64,000 nucleotides of DNA. It comes from the human T2T-CHM13v2.0 reference genome, Homo sapiens. The stretch's first letter is position 1. Each line of letters begins with the position of its first letter. The stretch is taken from assembly GCF_009914755.1 (NCBI RefSeq), contig NC_060948.1; one strand, given 5' to 3'. Below are positions 21,001 through 40,362 of this stretch, piece after piece. Position numbers and translations under genes: made by a program. The notes beneath the pieces were generated by a model that saw only the letters and a program-made list of their open reading frames with translations, was not told the DNA's origin and made no database searches.

Positions 21001-23107
21001 AGATCCATATTTTTTAAATGAAAAAAAATTTCAAAGGTACTCTGCTTGGTACAATAATCAAATGTATAAACTGAGGAATAAAACATAACCATGAAACCTA
21101 CTTATAACTGCATATGGAAAATACAGAGGATAATTTTTTAAATAACATATTTTGAAAGCCTTAACTAGTAATTTGAAGAGTTGGCATTTGAAAGGCCAGT
21201 ATGAATATACCTTCAAAGCAGCAACACAGGTTCCCCATGAGAAAAAGCAAACACAGGGAAAATAAAAACACAAAGGTTCAATCTCTTCTGACCTTTGAAA
21301 GACACAGCACAGACAGTGGTCCTTAGGACGAAGAGCAGGAGACCCCTAATTCCGTCACCATGGCGATAGGGCATAAACATTGCTGGGTGAGGGCACAATC
21401 CACATTGTGAGGTCCAACTGCTGCCAGGAAGACAGGAGTGCTTTTACATAGACCGAAAGGTCATTGAAGGCTCAGAGTTTTGTTTCAAGAACTGAATCCC
21501 AAGCCCACACGTTATTAGGCTGCGCTTCTTAAAACAAGTTATGAGATGGGAAAAAGGGCACCCACAAACATACGTATACATTATGTATATAATAATATAC
21601 AGTATCATATATATAATATATATAACCTATGTATAATATTGTTTTACATCCTGCATCTTATGTTATATATATTGTATAAAATATAATAATTGATAATATA
21701 TAAGTTTTATAATTATACAATATGACATATAGTATATATTATAATTTATGACATATATAATATATGTTATATGTCATATATAGAATATATTATACGGTTA
21801 ATATACGTATTAAATATAAATTATACATTATATATATTATATATAATATATCTGTTATATATAATACCCATTATGCATAATATATATATTATGTCTATGT
21901 TATATATAGTATAAAACAACATATAATAATATATAATTGTATATATAAAATGCGACATATAATATATATTATATTTTATAACATATGTAATATATATTAT
22001 ATATTATATATAATACGTTGTATGTATAATACCTATATTAAATATATATTATATGACTATGTTATTAATTACATGTCACATGTGTTATATATTATATATT
22101 TTACATAGAATATACCGGTTACATACAATATATACTATGTTACCTATAATGTATAATTGATTACATGTAAAATAAAGAATGCAATATATTATGTAAAATT
22201 TATAATATACAATATGTGGAATGTGACATATGTAACATATAATATATGATATATGATATACAGTATATGATATATAACATACAATATATGATTCCTAATA
22301 TATATGGTATACAATATATATTTTATGATATGTATTCTATATGTTTTATATTCTGTTATATATAACTATTTGAAATTATATATAACTGTATAATATTTTA
22401 TGTAAATATGTAATATAATATATATAACTATATAATATATTATATATAACTATATATTATGTTATATATACTTTTATAACATAATTTACATAAAATATCA
22501 TAATATAATATATATTATATTTTTTCATATTACATAATATATATTACATATCACCCAATATAACTAACATACATAATATTATAATATAGATTATATTATG
22601 TTATATTAAATATCATATATATCATGTATCATATATTCTATAATATATATTACACATTATATAATATGTATGTTGTCTATTATGTGATATATATAACTAT
22701 ATATATAATTATATTTTTATACATATAACTAGATAAACATGTAATTCTACATATTTTCATTTGTAATATGTAGAATTATATAATCATATATAATTATTTA
22801 TATTCTATAAAAAATTTTATCATTATATAAATTATAATATATAAAAATTATAATATGTACTACAAATATATATATATTATATATCATATATGATATAGTA
22901 CCTTTGTTATATATCATAATACATATAAATGTGTATTATGTTATCTATAATTATATAATTTCATATATAAGATGTATAATATGTATCATATATTATATAT
23001 GTTATGTAATATATATAGTATATATAAGATGACACAGGATAAATATTATATACTATGACATATAAAATATATGAGGTTATATGTTACATATAAGGCATAG
23101 CACATAA

Positions 23108-23422
<315 letters not shown>

Positions 23423-25529
23423 AGATCCGTATTTTTTAAATGAAAAAAAATTTCAAAGGTACTCTGCTTGGTACAATAATCAAATGTATAAACTGAGGAA
23501 TAAAACATAACCATGAAACCTACTTATAACTGCATATGGAAAATACAGAGGATAATTTTTTAAATAACATATTTTGAAAGCCTTAACTAGTAATTTGAAG
23601 AGTTGGCATTTGAAAGGCCAGTATGAATATACCTTCAAAGCAGCAACACAGGTTCCCCATGAGAAAAAGCAAACACAGGGAAAATAAAAACACAAAGGTT
23701 CAATCTCTTCTGACCTTTGAAAGACACAGCACAGACAGTGGTCCTTAGGACGAAGAGCAGGAGACCCCTAATTCCGTCACCATGGCGATAGGGCATAAAC
23801 ATTGCTGGGTGAGGGCACAATCCACATTGTGAGGTCCAACTGCTGCCAGGAAGACAGGAGTGCTTTTACATAGACCGAAAGGTCATTGAAGGCTCAGAGT
23901 TTTGTTTCAAGAACTGAATCCCAAGCCCACACGTTATTAGGCTGCGCTTCTTAAAACAAGTTATGAGATGGGAAAAAGGGCACCCACAAACATACGTATA
24001 CATTATGTATATAATAATATACAGTATCATATATATAATATATATAACCTATGTATAATATTGTTTTACATCCTGCATCTTATGTTATATATATTGTATA
24101 AAATATAATAATTGATAATATATAAGTTTTATAATTATACAATATGACATATAGTATATATTATAATTTATGACATATATAATATATGTTATATGTCATA
24201 TATAGAATATATTATACGGTTAATATACGTATTAAATATAAATTATACATTATATATATTATATATAATATATCTGTTATATATAATACCCATTATGCAT
24301 AATATATATATTATGTCTATGTTATATATAGTATAAAACAACATATAATAATATATAATTGTATATATAAAATGCGACATATAATATATATTATATTTTA
24401 TAACATATGTAATATATATTATATATTATATATAATACGTTGTATGTATAATACCTATATTAAATATATATTATATGACTATGTTATTAATTACATGTCA
24501 CATGTGTTATATATTATATATTTTACATAGAATATACCGGTTACATACAATATATACTATGTTACCTATAATGTATAATTGATTACATGTAAAATAAATA
24601 ATGCAATATATTATGTATAATTTATAATATACAATATGTGGAATGTGACATATGTAACATATAATATATGATATATGATATACAGTACATGATATATAAC
24701 ATACAATATATGATTCCTAATATATATGGTATACAATATATATTTTATGATATGTATTCTATATGTTTTATATTCTGTTATATATAACTATTTGAAATTA
24801 TATATAACTGTATAATATTTTATGTAAATATGTAATATAATATATATAACTATATAATATATTATATATAACTATATATTATGTTATATATACTTTTATA
24901 ACATAATTTACATAAAATATCATAATATAATATATATTATATTATTTCATATTACATAATATATATTACATATCACCCAATATAACTAACATACATAATA
25001 TTATAATATAGATTATATTATGTTATATTAAATATCATATATATCATGTATCATATATTCTATAATATATATTACACATTATATAATATGTATGTTGTCT
25101 ATTATGTGATATATATAACTATATATATAATTATATTTTTATACATATAACTAGATAAACATGTAATTCTACATATTTTCATTTGTAATATGTAGAATTA
25201 TATAATCATATATAATTATTTATATTCTATAAAAAATTTTATCATTATATAAATTATAATATATAAAAATTATAATATGTACTACAAATATATATATATT
25301 ATATATCATATATGATATAGTACCTTTGTTATATATCATAATACATATAAATGTGTATTATGTTATCTATAATTATATAATTTCATATATAAGATGTATA
25401 ATATGTATCATATATTATATATGTTATGTAATATATATAGTATATATAAGATGACACAGGATAAATATTATATACTATGACATATAAAATATATGAGGTT
25501 ATATGTTACATATAAGGCATAGCACATAA

Positions 25530-25844
<315 letters not shown>

Positions 25845-27947
25845 AGATCCGTATTTTTTAAATGAAAAAAAATTTCAAAGGTACTCTGCTTGGTACAATA
25901 ATCAAATGTATAAACAGAGGAATAAAACATAACCATGAAACCTACTTATAACTGCATATGGAAAATACAGAGGATAATTTTTTAAATAACATATTTTGAA
26001 AGCCTTAACTAGTAATTTGAAGAGTTGGCATTTGAAAGGCCAGTATGAATATACCTTCAAAGCAGCAACACAGGTTCCCCATGAGAAAAAGCAAACACAG
26101 GGAAAATAAAAACACAAAGGTTCAATCTCTTCTGACCTTTGAAAGACACAGCACAGACAGTGGTCCTTAGGACGAAGAGCAGGAGACCCCTAATTCCGTC
26201 ACCATGGCGATAGGGCATAAACACTGCTGGGTGAGGGCACAATCCACATTGTGAGGTCCAACTGCTGCCAGGAAGACAGGAGTGCTTTTACATAGACCGA
26301 AAGGTCATTGAAGGCTCAGAGTTTTGTTTCAAGAACTGAATCCCAAGCCCACACGTTATTAGGCTGCGCTTCTTTAAACAAGTTATGAGATGGGAAAAAG
26401 GGCACCCACAAACATACGTATACATTATGTATATAATAATATACAGTATCATATATATAATATATATAACCTATGTATAATATTGTTTTACATCCTGCAT
26501 CTTATGTTATATATATTGTATAAAATATAATAATTGATAATATATAAGTTTTATAATTATACAATATGACATATAGTATATATTATAATTTATGACATAT
26601 ATAATATATGTTATATATCATATATGGAATATATTATACGGTTAATATACGTATTAAATATAAATTATACATTATATATATTATATATAATATATCTGTT
26701 ATATATAATACCCATTATGCATAATATATATATTATGTCTATGTTATATATAGTATAAAACAACATATAATAATATATAATTGTATATATAAAATGCGAC
26801 ATATAATATATATTATATTTTATAACATATGTAATATATATTATATATTATATATAATACGTTGTATGTATAATACCTATATTAAATATATATTATATGA
26901 CTATGTTATTAATTACATGTCACATGTGTTATATATTATATATTTTACATAGAATATACCGGTTACATACAATATATACTATGTTACCTATAATGTATAA
27001 TTTATTACATGTAAAATAAAGAATGCAATATATTATGTAAAATTTATAATATACAATATGTGGAATGTGATATATGTAACATATAATATATGATATATGA
27101 TATACAGTATATGATATATAACATACAATATATGATTCCTAATATATATGGTATACAGTATATATTTTATGATATGTATTCTATATGTTTTATATTCTGT
27201 TATATATAACTATTTGAAATTATATATAACTGTATAATATTTTATGTAAATATGTAATATAATATATATAACTATATAATATATTATATATAACTATATA
27301 TTATGTTATGTATACTTTTATAACATAATTTACATAAAATATCATAATATAATATATATTATATTATTTCATATTACATAATATATATTACATATCACCC
27401 AATATAACTAACATACATAATATTATAATATAGATTATATTATGTTATATTAAATATCATATATATCATGTATCATATATTCTATAATATATATTACACA
27501 TTATATAATATGTATGTTGTCTATTATGTGATATATATAACTATATATAATTATATTTTTATACATATAACTAGATAAACATGTAATTCTACATATTTTC
27601 ATTTATAATATGTAGAATTATATAATCATATATAATTATTTATATTCTATAAAAAATTTTATCATTATATAAATTATAATATATAAAAATTATAATATGT
27701 ACTACAAATATATATATTATATATCATATATGATATAATACCTTTGTTATATATCATAATACATATAAATGTGTATTATGTTATCTATAATTATATAATT
27801 TCATATATAAGGTGTATAATATGTATCATATATTATATATGTTATGTAATATATATAGCATATATAAGATGACACAGGATAAATATTATATACTATGACA
27901 TATAAAATATATGAGGTTATATGTTACATATAAGGCATAGCACATAA

Positions 27948-28262
<315 letters not shown>

Positions 28263-30369
28263 AGATCCATATTTTTTAAATGAAAAAAAATTTCAAAGGT
28301 ACTCTGCTTGGTACAATAATCAAATGTATAAACTGAGGAATAAAACATAACCATGAAACCTACTTATAACTGCATATGGAAAATACAGAGGATAATTTTT
28401 TAAATAACATATTTTGAAAGCCTTAACTAGTAATTTGAAGAGTTGGCATTTGAAAGGCCAGTATGAATATACCTTCAAAGCAGCAACACAGGTTCCCCAT
28501 GAGAAAAAGCAAACACAGGGAAAATAAAAACACAAAGGTTCAATCTCTTCTGACCTTTGAAAGACACAGCACAGACAGTGGTCCTTAGGACGAAGAGCAG
28601 GAGACCCCTAATTCCGTCACCATGGCGATAGGGCATAAACATTGCTGGGTGAGGGCACAATCCACATTGTGAGGTCCAACTGCTGCCAGGAAGACAGGAG
28701 TGCTTTTACATAGACCGAAAGGTCATTGAAGGCTCAGAGTTTTGTTTCAAGAACTGAATCCCAAGCCCACACGTTATTAGGCTGCGCTTCTTAAAACAAG
28801 TTATGAGATGGGAAAAAGGGCACCCACAAACATACGTATACATTATGTATATAATAATATACAGTATCATATATATAATATATATAACCTATGTATAATA
28901 TTGTTTTACATCCTGCATCTTATGTTATATATATTGTATAAAATATAATAATTGATAATATATAAGTTTTATATTTATACAATATGACATATAGTATATA
29001 TTATAATTTATGACATATATAATATATGTTATATATCATATATAGAATATATTATACGGTTAATATACGTATTAAATATAAATTATACATTATATATATT
29101 ATATATAATATATCTGTTATATATAATACCCATTATGCATAATATATATATTATGTCTATGTTATATATAGTATAAAACAACATATAATAATATATAATT
29201 GTATATATAAAATGCGACATATAATATATATTATATTTTATAACATATGTAATATATATTATATATTATATATAATACGTTGTATGTATAATACCTATAT
29301 TAAATATATATTATATGACTATGTTATTAATTACATGTCACATGTGTTATATATTATATATTTTACATAGAATATACCGGTTACATACAATATATACTAT
29401 GTTACCTATAATGTATAATTGATTACATGTAAAATAAATAATGCAATATATTATGTATAATTTATAATATACAATATGTGGAATGTGACATATGTAACAT
29501 ATAATATATGATATATGATATACAGTATATGATATATAACATACAATATATGATTCCTAATATATATGGTATACAATATATATTTTATGATATGTATTCT
29601 ATATGTTTTATATTCTGTTATATATAACTATTTGAAATTATATATAACTGTATAATATTTTATGTAAATATGTAATATAATATATATAACTATATAATAT
29701 ATTATATATAACTATATATTATGTTATATATACTTTTATAACATAATTTACATAAAATATCATAATATAATATATATTATATTATTTCATATTACAGAAT
29801 ATATATTACATATCACCCTATATAACTAACATACATAATATTATAATATAGATTATATTATGTTATATTAAATATCATATATATCATGTATCATATATTC
29901 TATAATATATATTACACATTATATAATATGTATGTTGTCTATTATGTGATATATATAACTATATATATAATTATATTTTTATACATATAACTAGATAAAC
30001 ATGTAATTCTACATATTTTCATTTGTAATATGTAGAATTATATAATCATACATAATTATTTATAATCTATAAAAAATTTTATCATTATATAAATTATAAT
30101 ATATAAAAATTATAATATGTACTACAAATATATATATATTATATATCATATATGATATAGTACCTTTGTTATATATCATAATACATATAAATGTGTATTA
30201 TGTTATCTATAATTATATAATTTCATATATAAGATGTATAATATGTATCATATATTATATATGTTATGTAATATATATAGTATATATAAGATGACACAGG
30301 ATAAATATTATATACTATGACATATAAAATATATGAGGTTATATGTTACATATAAGGCATAGCACATAA

Positions 30370-30684
<315 letters not shown>

Positions 30685-32789
30685 AGATCCGTATTTTTTA
30701 AATGAAAAAAAATTTCAAAGGTACTCTGCTTGGTACAATAATCAAATGTATAAACTGAGGAATAAAACATAACCATGAAACCTACTTATAACTGCATATG
30801 GAAAATACAGAGGATAATTTTTTAAATAACATATTTTGAAAGCCTTAACTAGTAATTTGAAGAGTTGGCATTTGAAAGGCCAGTATGAATATACCTTCAA
30901 AGCAGCAACACAGGTTCCCCATGAGAAAAAGCAAACACAGGGAAAATAAAAACACAAAGGTTCAATCTCTTCTGACCTTTGAAAGACACAGCACAGACAG
31001 TGGTCCTTAGGACGAAGAGCAGGAGACCCCTAATTCCGTCACCATGGCGATAGGGCATAAACATTGCTGGGTGAGGGCACAATCCACATTGTGAGGTCCA
31101 ACTGCTGCCAGGAAGACAGGAGTGCTTTTACATAGACCGAAAGGTCATTGAAGGCTCAGAGTTTTGTTTCAAGAACTGAATCCCAAGCCCACACGTTATT
31201 AGGCTGCGCTTCTTAAAACAAGTTATGAGATGGGAAAAAGGGCACCCACAAACATACGTATACATTATGTATATAATAATATACAGTATCATATATATAA
31301 TATATATAACCTATGTATAATATTGTTTTACATCCTGCATCTTATGTTATATATATTGTATAAAATATAATAATTGATAATATATAAGTTTTATAATTAT
31401 ACAATATGACATATAGTATATATTATAATGTATGACATATATAATATATGTTATATATCATATATAGAGTATATTATACGGTTAATATACGTATTAAATA
31501 TAAATTATACCTTATATATATTATATATAATATATCTGTTATATATAATACCCATTATGCATAATATATATATTATGTCTGTTATATATAGTATAAAACA
31601 ACATATAATAATATATAATTGTATATATAAAATGCGACATATAATATATATTATATTTTATAACATATGTAATATATATTATATATTATATATAATACGT
31701 TGTATGTATAATACCTATATTAAATATATATTATATGACTATGTTATTAATTACATGTCACATGTGTTATATATTATATATTTTACATAGAATATACCGG
31801 TTACATACAATATATACTATGTTACCTATAATGTATAATTTATTACATGTAAAATAAATAATGCAATATATTATGTAAAATTTATAATATACAATATGTG
31901 GAATGTGATATATGTAACATATAATATATGATATATGATATACAGTATATGATATGTAACATACAATATATGATTCCTAATATATATGGTATACAATATA
32001 TATTTTATGATATGTATTCTATATGTTTTATATTCTGTTATTTATAACTATTTGAATTTATATATAACTGTATAATATTTTATGTAAATATGAAATATAA
32101 TATATATAACTATATAATATATTATATATAACTATATATTATGTTATGTATACTTTTATAACATAATTTACATAAAATATCATAATATAATATATATTAT
32201 ATTATTTCATATTACATAATATATATTACATATCACCCAATATAACTAACAAACATAATATTATAATATAGATTATATTATGTTATATTAAATATCATAT
32301 ATATCATGTATCATATATTCTATAATATATATTACACATTATATAATATGTATGTTGTCTATTATGTGATATATATAACTATATATATAATTATATTTTT
32401 ATACATATAACTAGATAAACATGTAATTCTACATATTTTCATTTATAATATGTAGAATTATATAATCATACATAATTATTTATATTCTATAAAAAATTTT
32501 ATCATTATATAAATTATAATATATAAAAATTATAATATGTACTACAAATATATATATATTATATATCATATATGATATAGTACCTTTGTTATATATCATA
32601 ATACATATAAATGTGTATTATGTTATCTATAATTATATAATTTCATATATAAGATGTATAATATGTATCATATATTATATATGTTATGTAATATATATAG
32701 TATATATAAGATGACACAGGATAAATATTATATACTATGACATATAAAATATATGAGGTTATATGTTACATATAAGGCATAGCACATAA

Positions 32790-33104
<315 letters not shown>

Positions 33105-35209
33105 AGATCCGTATTTTTTAAATGAAAAAAAATTTCAAAGGTACTCTGCTTGGTACAATAATCAAATGTATAAACTGAGGAATAAAACATAACCATGAAA
33201 CCTACTTATAACTGCATATGGAAAATACAGAGGATAATTTTTTAAATAACATATTTTGAAAGCCTTAACTAGTAATTTGAAGAGTTGGCATTTGAAAGGC
33301 CAGTATGAATATACCTTCAAAGCAGCAACACAGGTTCCCCATGAGAAAAAGCAAACACAGGGAAAATAAAAACACAAAGGTTCAATCTCTTCTGACCTTT
33401 GAAAGACACAGCACAGACAGTGGTCCTTAGGACGAAGAGCAGGAGACCCCTAATTCCGTCACCATGGCGATAGGGCATAAACATTGCTGGGTGAGGGCAC
33501 AATCCACATTGTGAGGTCCAACTGCTGCCAGGAAGACAGGAGTGCTTTTACATAGACCGAAAGGTCATTGAAGGCTCAGAGTTTTGTTTCAAGAACTGAA
33601 TCCCAAGCCCACACGTTATTAGGCTGCGCTTCTTAAAACAAGTTATGAGATGGGAAAAAGGGCACCCACAAACATACGTATACATTATGTATATAATAAT
33701 ATACAGTATCATATATATAATATATATAACCTATGTATAATATTGTTTTACATCCTGCATCTTATGTTATATATATTGTATAAAATATAATAATTGATAA
33801 TATATAAGTTTTATAATTATACAATATGACATAGAGTATATATTATAATTTATGACATATAAAATATATGTTATATATCATATATAGAATATATTATACG
33901 GTTAATATACGTATTAAATGTAAATTATACCTTATATATATTATATATAATATAACTGTTATATATAATACCCATTATGCATAATATATATATTATGTCT
34001 ATGTTATATATAGTATAAAACAACATATAATGATATATAATTGTATATATAAAATGCGACATATAATATATATTATATTTTATAACATATGTAATATATA
34101 TTATATATTATATATAATACGTTGTATGTATAATACCTATATTAAATATATATTATATGACTATGTTATTAATTACATGTCACATGTGTTATATATTATA
34201 TATTTTACATAGAATATACCGGTTACATTCAATATATACTATGTTACCTATAACGTATAATTTATTACATGTAAAATAAAGAATGCAATATATTATGTAT
34301 AATTTATAATATACAATATGTGGAATGTGATATATGTAACATATAATATATGATATATGATATACAGTATATGATATATAACATACAATATATGATTCCT
34401 AATATATATGGTATACAATATATATTTTATGATATGTATTCTATATGTTTTATATTCTGTTATATATAACTATTTGAAATTATATATAACTGTATAATAT
34501 TTTATGTAAATATGTAATATAATATATATAACTATATAATATATTATATATAACTATATATTATGTTATGTATACTTTTATAACATAATTTACATAAAAT
34601 ATCATAATATAATATATATTATATTATTTCATATTACATAATATATATTACATATCACCCAATATAACTAACATACATAATATTATAATATAGATTATAT
34701 TATGTTATATTAAATATCATATATATCATGTATCATATATTCTATAATATATATTACACATTATATAATATGTATGTTGTCTATTATGTGATATATATAA
34801 CTATATATATAATTATATTTTTATACATATAACTAGATAAACATGTAATTCTACATATTTTCATTTATAATATGTAGAATTATATAATCATATATAATTC
34901 TTTATATTCTATAAAAAATTTTATCATTATATAAATTATAATATATAAAAATTATAATATGTACTACAAATATATATATTATATATCATATATGATATAG
35001 TACCTTTGTTATATATCATAATACATATAAATGTGTATTATGTTATCTATAATTATATAATTTCATATATAAGGTGTATAATATGTATCATATATTATAT
35101 ATGTTATGTAATATATATAGTATATATAAGATGACACAGGATAAATATTATATACTATGACATATAAAATATATGAGGTTATATGTTACATATAAGGCAT
35201 AGCACATAA

Positions 35210-35524
<315 letters not shown>

Positions 35525-37650
35525 AGATCCATATTTTTTAAATGAAAAAAAATTTCAAAGGTACTCTGCTTGGTACAATAATCAAATGTATAAACTGAGG
35601 AATAAAACATAACCATGAAACCTACTTATAACTGCATATGGAAAATACAGAGGATAATTTTTTAAATAACATATTTTGAAAGCCTTAACTAGTAATTTGA
35701 AGAGTTGGCATTTGAAAGGCCAGTATGAATATACCTTCAAAGCAGCAACACAGGTTCCCCATGAGAAAAAGCAAACACAGGGAAAATAAAAACACAAAGG
35801 TTCAATCTCTTCTGACCTTTGAAAGACACAGCACAGACAGTGGTCCTTAGGGCGAAGAGCAGGAGACCCCTAATTCCGTCACCATGGCGATAGGGCATAA
35901 ACATTGCTGGGTGAGGGCACAATCCACATTGTGAGGTCCAACTGCTGCCAGGAAGACAGGAGTGCTTTTACATAGACCGAAAGGTCATTGAAGGCTCAGA
36001 GTTTTGTTTCAAGAACTGAATCCCAAGCCCACACGTTATTAGGCTGCGCTTCTTAAAACAAGTTATGAGATGGGAAAAAGGGCACCCACAAACATACGTA
36101 TACATTATGTATATAATAATATACAGTATCATATATATAATATATATAACCTATGTATAATATTGTTTTACATCCTGCATCTTATGTTATATATATTGTA
36201 TAAAATATAATAATTGATAATATATAAGTTTTATAATTATACAATATGACATATAGTATATATTATAATTTATGACATATATAATATATGTTATATATCA
36301 TATATAGAATATAGTATACGGTTAATATACGTATTAAATATAAATTATACATTATATATATTATATATAATATATCTGTTATATATAATACCCATTATGC
36401 ATAATATATATATTATGTCTATGTTATATATAGTATAAAACAACATATAATAATATATAATTGTATATATAAAATGCGACATATAATATATATTATATTT
36501 TATAACATATGTAATATATATTATATATTATATATAATACGTTGTATGTATAATACCTATATTAAATATATATTATATGACTATGTTATTAATTACATGT
36601 CACATGTGTTATATATTATATATTTTACATAGAATATACCGGTTACATACAATATATACTATGTTACCTATAATGTATAATTTATTACATGTAAAATAAA
36701 GAATGCAATATATTATGTATAATTTATAATATACAATATGTGGAATGTGATATATATAACATATAATATATGATATATGATATACAGTATATGATATATA
36801 ACATACAATATATGATTCCTAATATATATGGTATACAATATATATTTTATGATATGTATTCTATATGTTTTATATTCTGTTATATATAACTATTTGAAAT
36901 TATATATAACTGTATAATATTTTATGTAAATATGTAATATAATATATATAACTATATAATATATTATATATAACTATATATTATGTTATGTATACTTTTA
37001 TAACATAATTTACATAAAATATCATAATATAATATATATTATATTATTTCATATTACATAATATATATTACATATCACCCAATATAACTAACATACATAA
37101 TATTATAATATAGATTATATTATGTTATATTAAATATCATATATATCATGTATCATATATTCTATAATATATATTACACATTATATAATATGTATGCTGT
37201 CTATTATGTGATATATATAACTATATATAATTATATTTTTATACATATAACTAGATAAACATGTAATTCTACATATTTTCATTTATAATATGTAGAATTA
37301 TATAATCATATATAATTATTTATATTCTATAAAAAATTTTATCATTATATAAATTATAATATATAAAAATTATAATATGTACTACAAATATATATATTAT
37401 ATATCATATATGATATAGTACCTTTGTTATATATCATAATAAATATAAATGTGTATTATGTTATCTATAATTATATAATTTCATATATAAGGTGTATAAT
37501 ATGTATCATATATTATATATGTTATGTAATATATATAGTATATATAAGATGACACAGGATAAATATTATATACTATGACATATAAAATATATGAGGTTAT
37601 ATGTTACATATAAGGCATAGCACATAACATGTAATATATATCATATATAA

Positions 37651-37942
37651 TTTTTTTTTAGACAGAATCTTGTCCTGTTGCACAGGGTGGGGTACAATGG
37701 CGCCATCTTTGCTCACTGCAACTTCTGCCTCACGGGTCGAAGCAATTGTCCTCCCTCAGCCTCCCAGGTAGCTGGGACTACACCACACTGGGACTACACC
37801 AGCTGCCACCATGCCTAGCTAATTTTTTGGATTTTTAGTAGTGACAGCGTTTCACTGTATTGGCCAGGATGGTCTTGATCTCTTCACCTTGTGATCCCCT
37901 TGCCTTGGCCTCCAAATTTGCTGGGATTACAGGCCTGAGCCA
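37651..37942 (-). mobile_element. DYZ2 Alu, unit 16
   Basis: Copy of the unit-1 Alu. Confidence 0.92.
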
Positions 37943-40047
37943 AGATCCGTATTTTTTAAATGAAAAAAAATTTCAAAGGTACTCTGCTTGGTACAATAAT
38001 CAAATGTATAAACTGAGGAATAAAACATAACCATGAAACCTACTTATAACTGCATATGGAAAATACAGAGGATAATTTTTTAAATAACATATTTTGAAAG
38101 CCTTAACTAGTAATTTGAAGAGTTGGCATTTGAAAGGCCAGTATGAATATACCTTCAAAGCAGCAACACAGGTTCCCCATGAGAAAAAGCAAACACAGGG
38201 AAAATAAAAACACAAAGGTTCAATCTCTTCTGACCTTTGAAAGACACAGCACAGACAGTGGTCCTTAGGACGAAGAGCAGGAGACCCCTAATTCCGTCAC
38301 CATGGCGATAGGGCATAAACATTGCTGGGTGAGGGCACAATCCACATTGTGAGGTCCAACTGCTGCCAGGAAGACAGGAGTGCTTTTACATAGACCGAAA
38401 GGTCATTGAAGGCTCAGAGTTTTGTTTCAAGAACTGAATCCCAAGCCCACACGTTATTAGGCTGCGCTTCTTAAAACAAGTGATGAGATGGGAAAAAGGG
38501 CACCCACAAACATACGTATACATTATGTATATAATAATATACAGTATCATATATATAATATATATAACCTATGTATAATATTGTTTTACATCCTGCATCT
38601 TATGTTATATATATTGTATAAAATATAATAATTGATAATATATAAGTTTTATAATTATACAATATGACATAGAGTATATATTATAATTTATGACATATAA
38701 AATATATGTTATATATCATATATAGAATATATTATACGGTTAATATACGTATTAAATGTAAATTATACCTTATATATATTATATATAATATAACTGTTAT
38801 ATATAATACCCATTATGCATAATATATATATTATGTCTATGTTATATATAGTATAAAACAACATATAATAATATATAATTGTATATATAAAATGCGACAT
38901 ATAATATATATTATATTTTATAACATATGTAATATATATTATATATTATATATAATACGTTGTATGTATAATACCTATATTAAATATATATTATATGACT
39001 ATGTTATTAATTACATGTCACATGTGTTATATATTATATATTTTACATAGAATATACCGGTTACATTCAATATATACTATGTTACCTATAATGTATAATT
39101 TATTACATGTAAAATAAAGAATGCAATATATTATGTATAATTTATAATATACAATATGTGGAATGTGATATATGTAACATATAATATATGATATATGATA
39201 TACAGTATATGATATATAACATACAATATATGATTCCTAATATATATGGTATACAATATATATTTTATGATATGTATTCTATATGTTTTATATTCTGTTA
39301 TATATAACTATTTGAAATTATATATAACTGTATAATATTTTATGTAAATATGTAATATAATATATATAACTATATAATATATTATATATAACTATATATT
39401 ATGTTATGTATACTTTTATAACATAATTTACATAAAATATCATAATATAATATATATTATATTATTTCATATTACATAATATATATTACATATCACCCAA
39501 TATAACTAACATACATAATATTATAATATAGATTATATTATGTTATATTAAATATCATATATATCATGTATCATATATTCTATAATATATATTACACATT
39601 ATATAATATGTATGTTGTCTATTATGTGATATATATAACTATATATATAATTATATTTTTATACATATAACTAGATAAACATGTAATTCTACATATTTTC
39701 ATTTATAATATGTAGAATTATATAATCATATATAATTCTTTATATTCTATAAAAAATTTTATCATTATATAAATTATAATATATAAAAATTATAATATGT
39801 ACTACAAATATATATATTATATATCATATATGATATAGTACCTTTGTTATATATCATAATACATATAAATGTGTATTATGTTATCTATAATTATATAATT
39901 TCATATATAAGGTGTATAATATGTATCATATATTATATATGTTATGTAATATATATAGTATATATAAGATGACACAGGATAAATATTATATACTATGACA
40001 TATAAAATATATGAGGTTATATGTTACATATAAGGCATAGCACATAA

Positions 40048-40362
<315 letters not shown>

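Noticed and set aside
31428-31790. 120-aa Y/I/N-rich ORF (and similar ORFs at 34030 and 60244)
   Set aside because: Low-complexity translations of the AT block, opened by chance SNVs and a 2-bp deletion.
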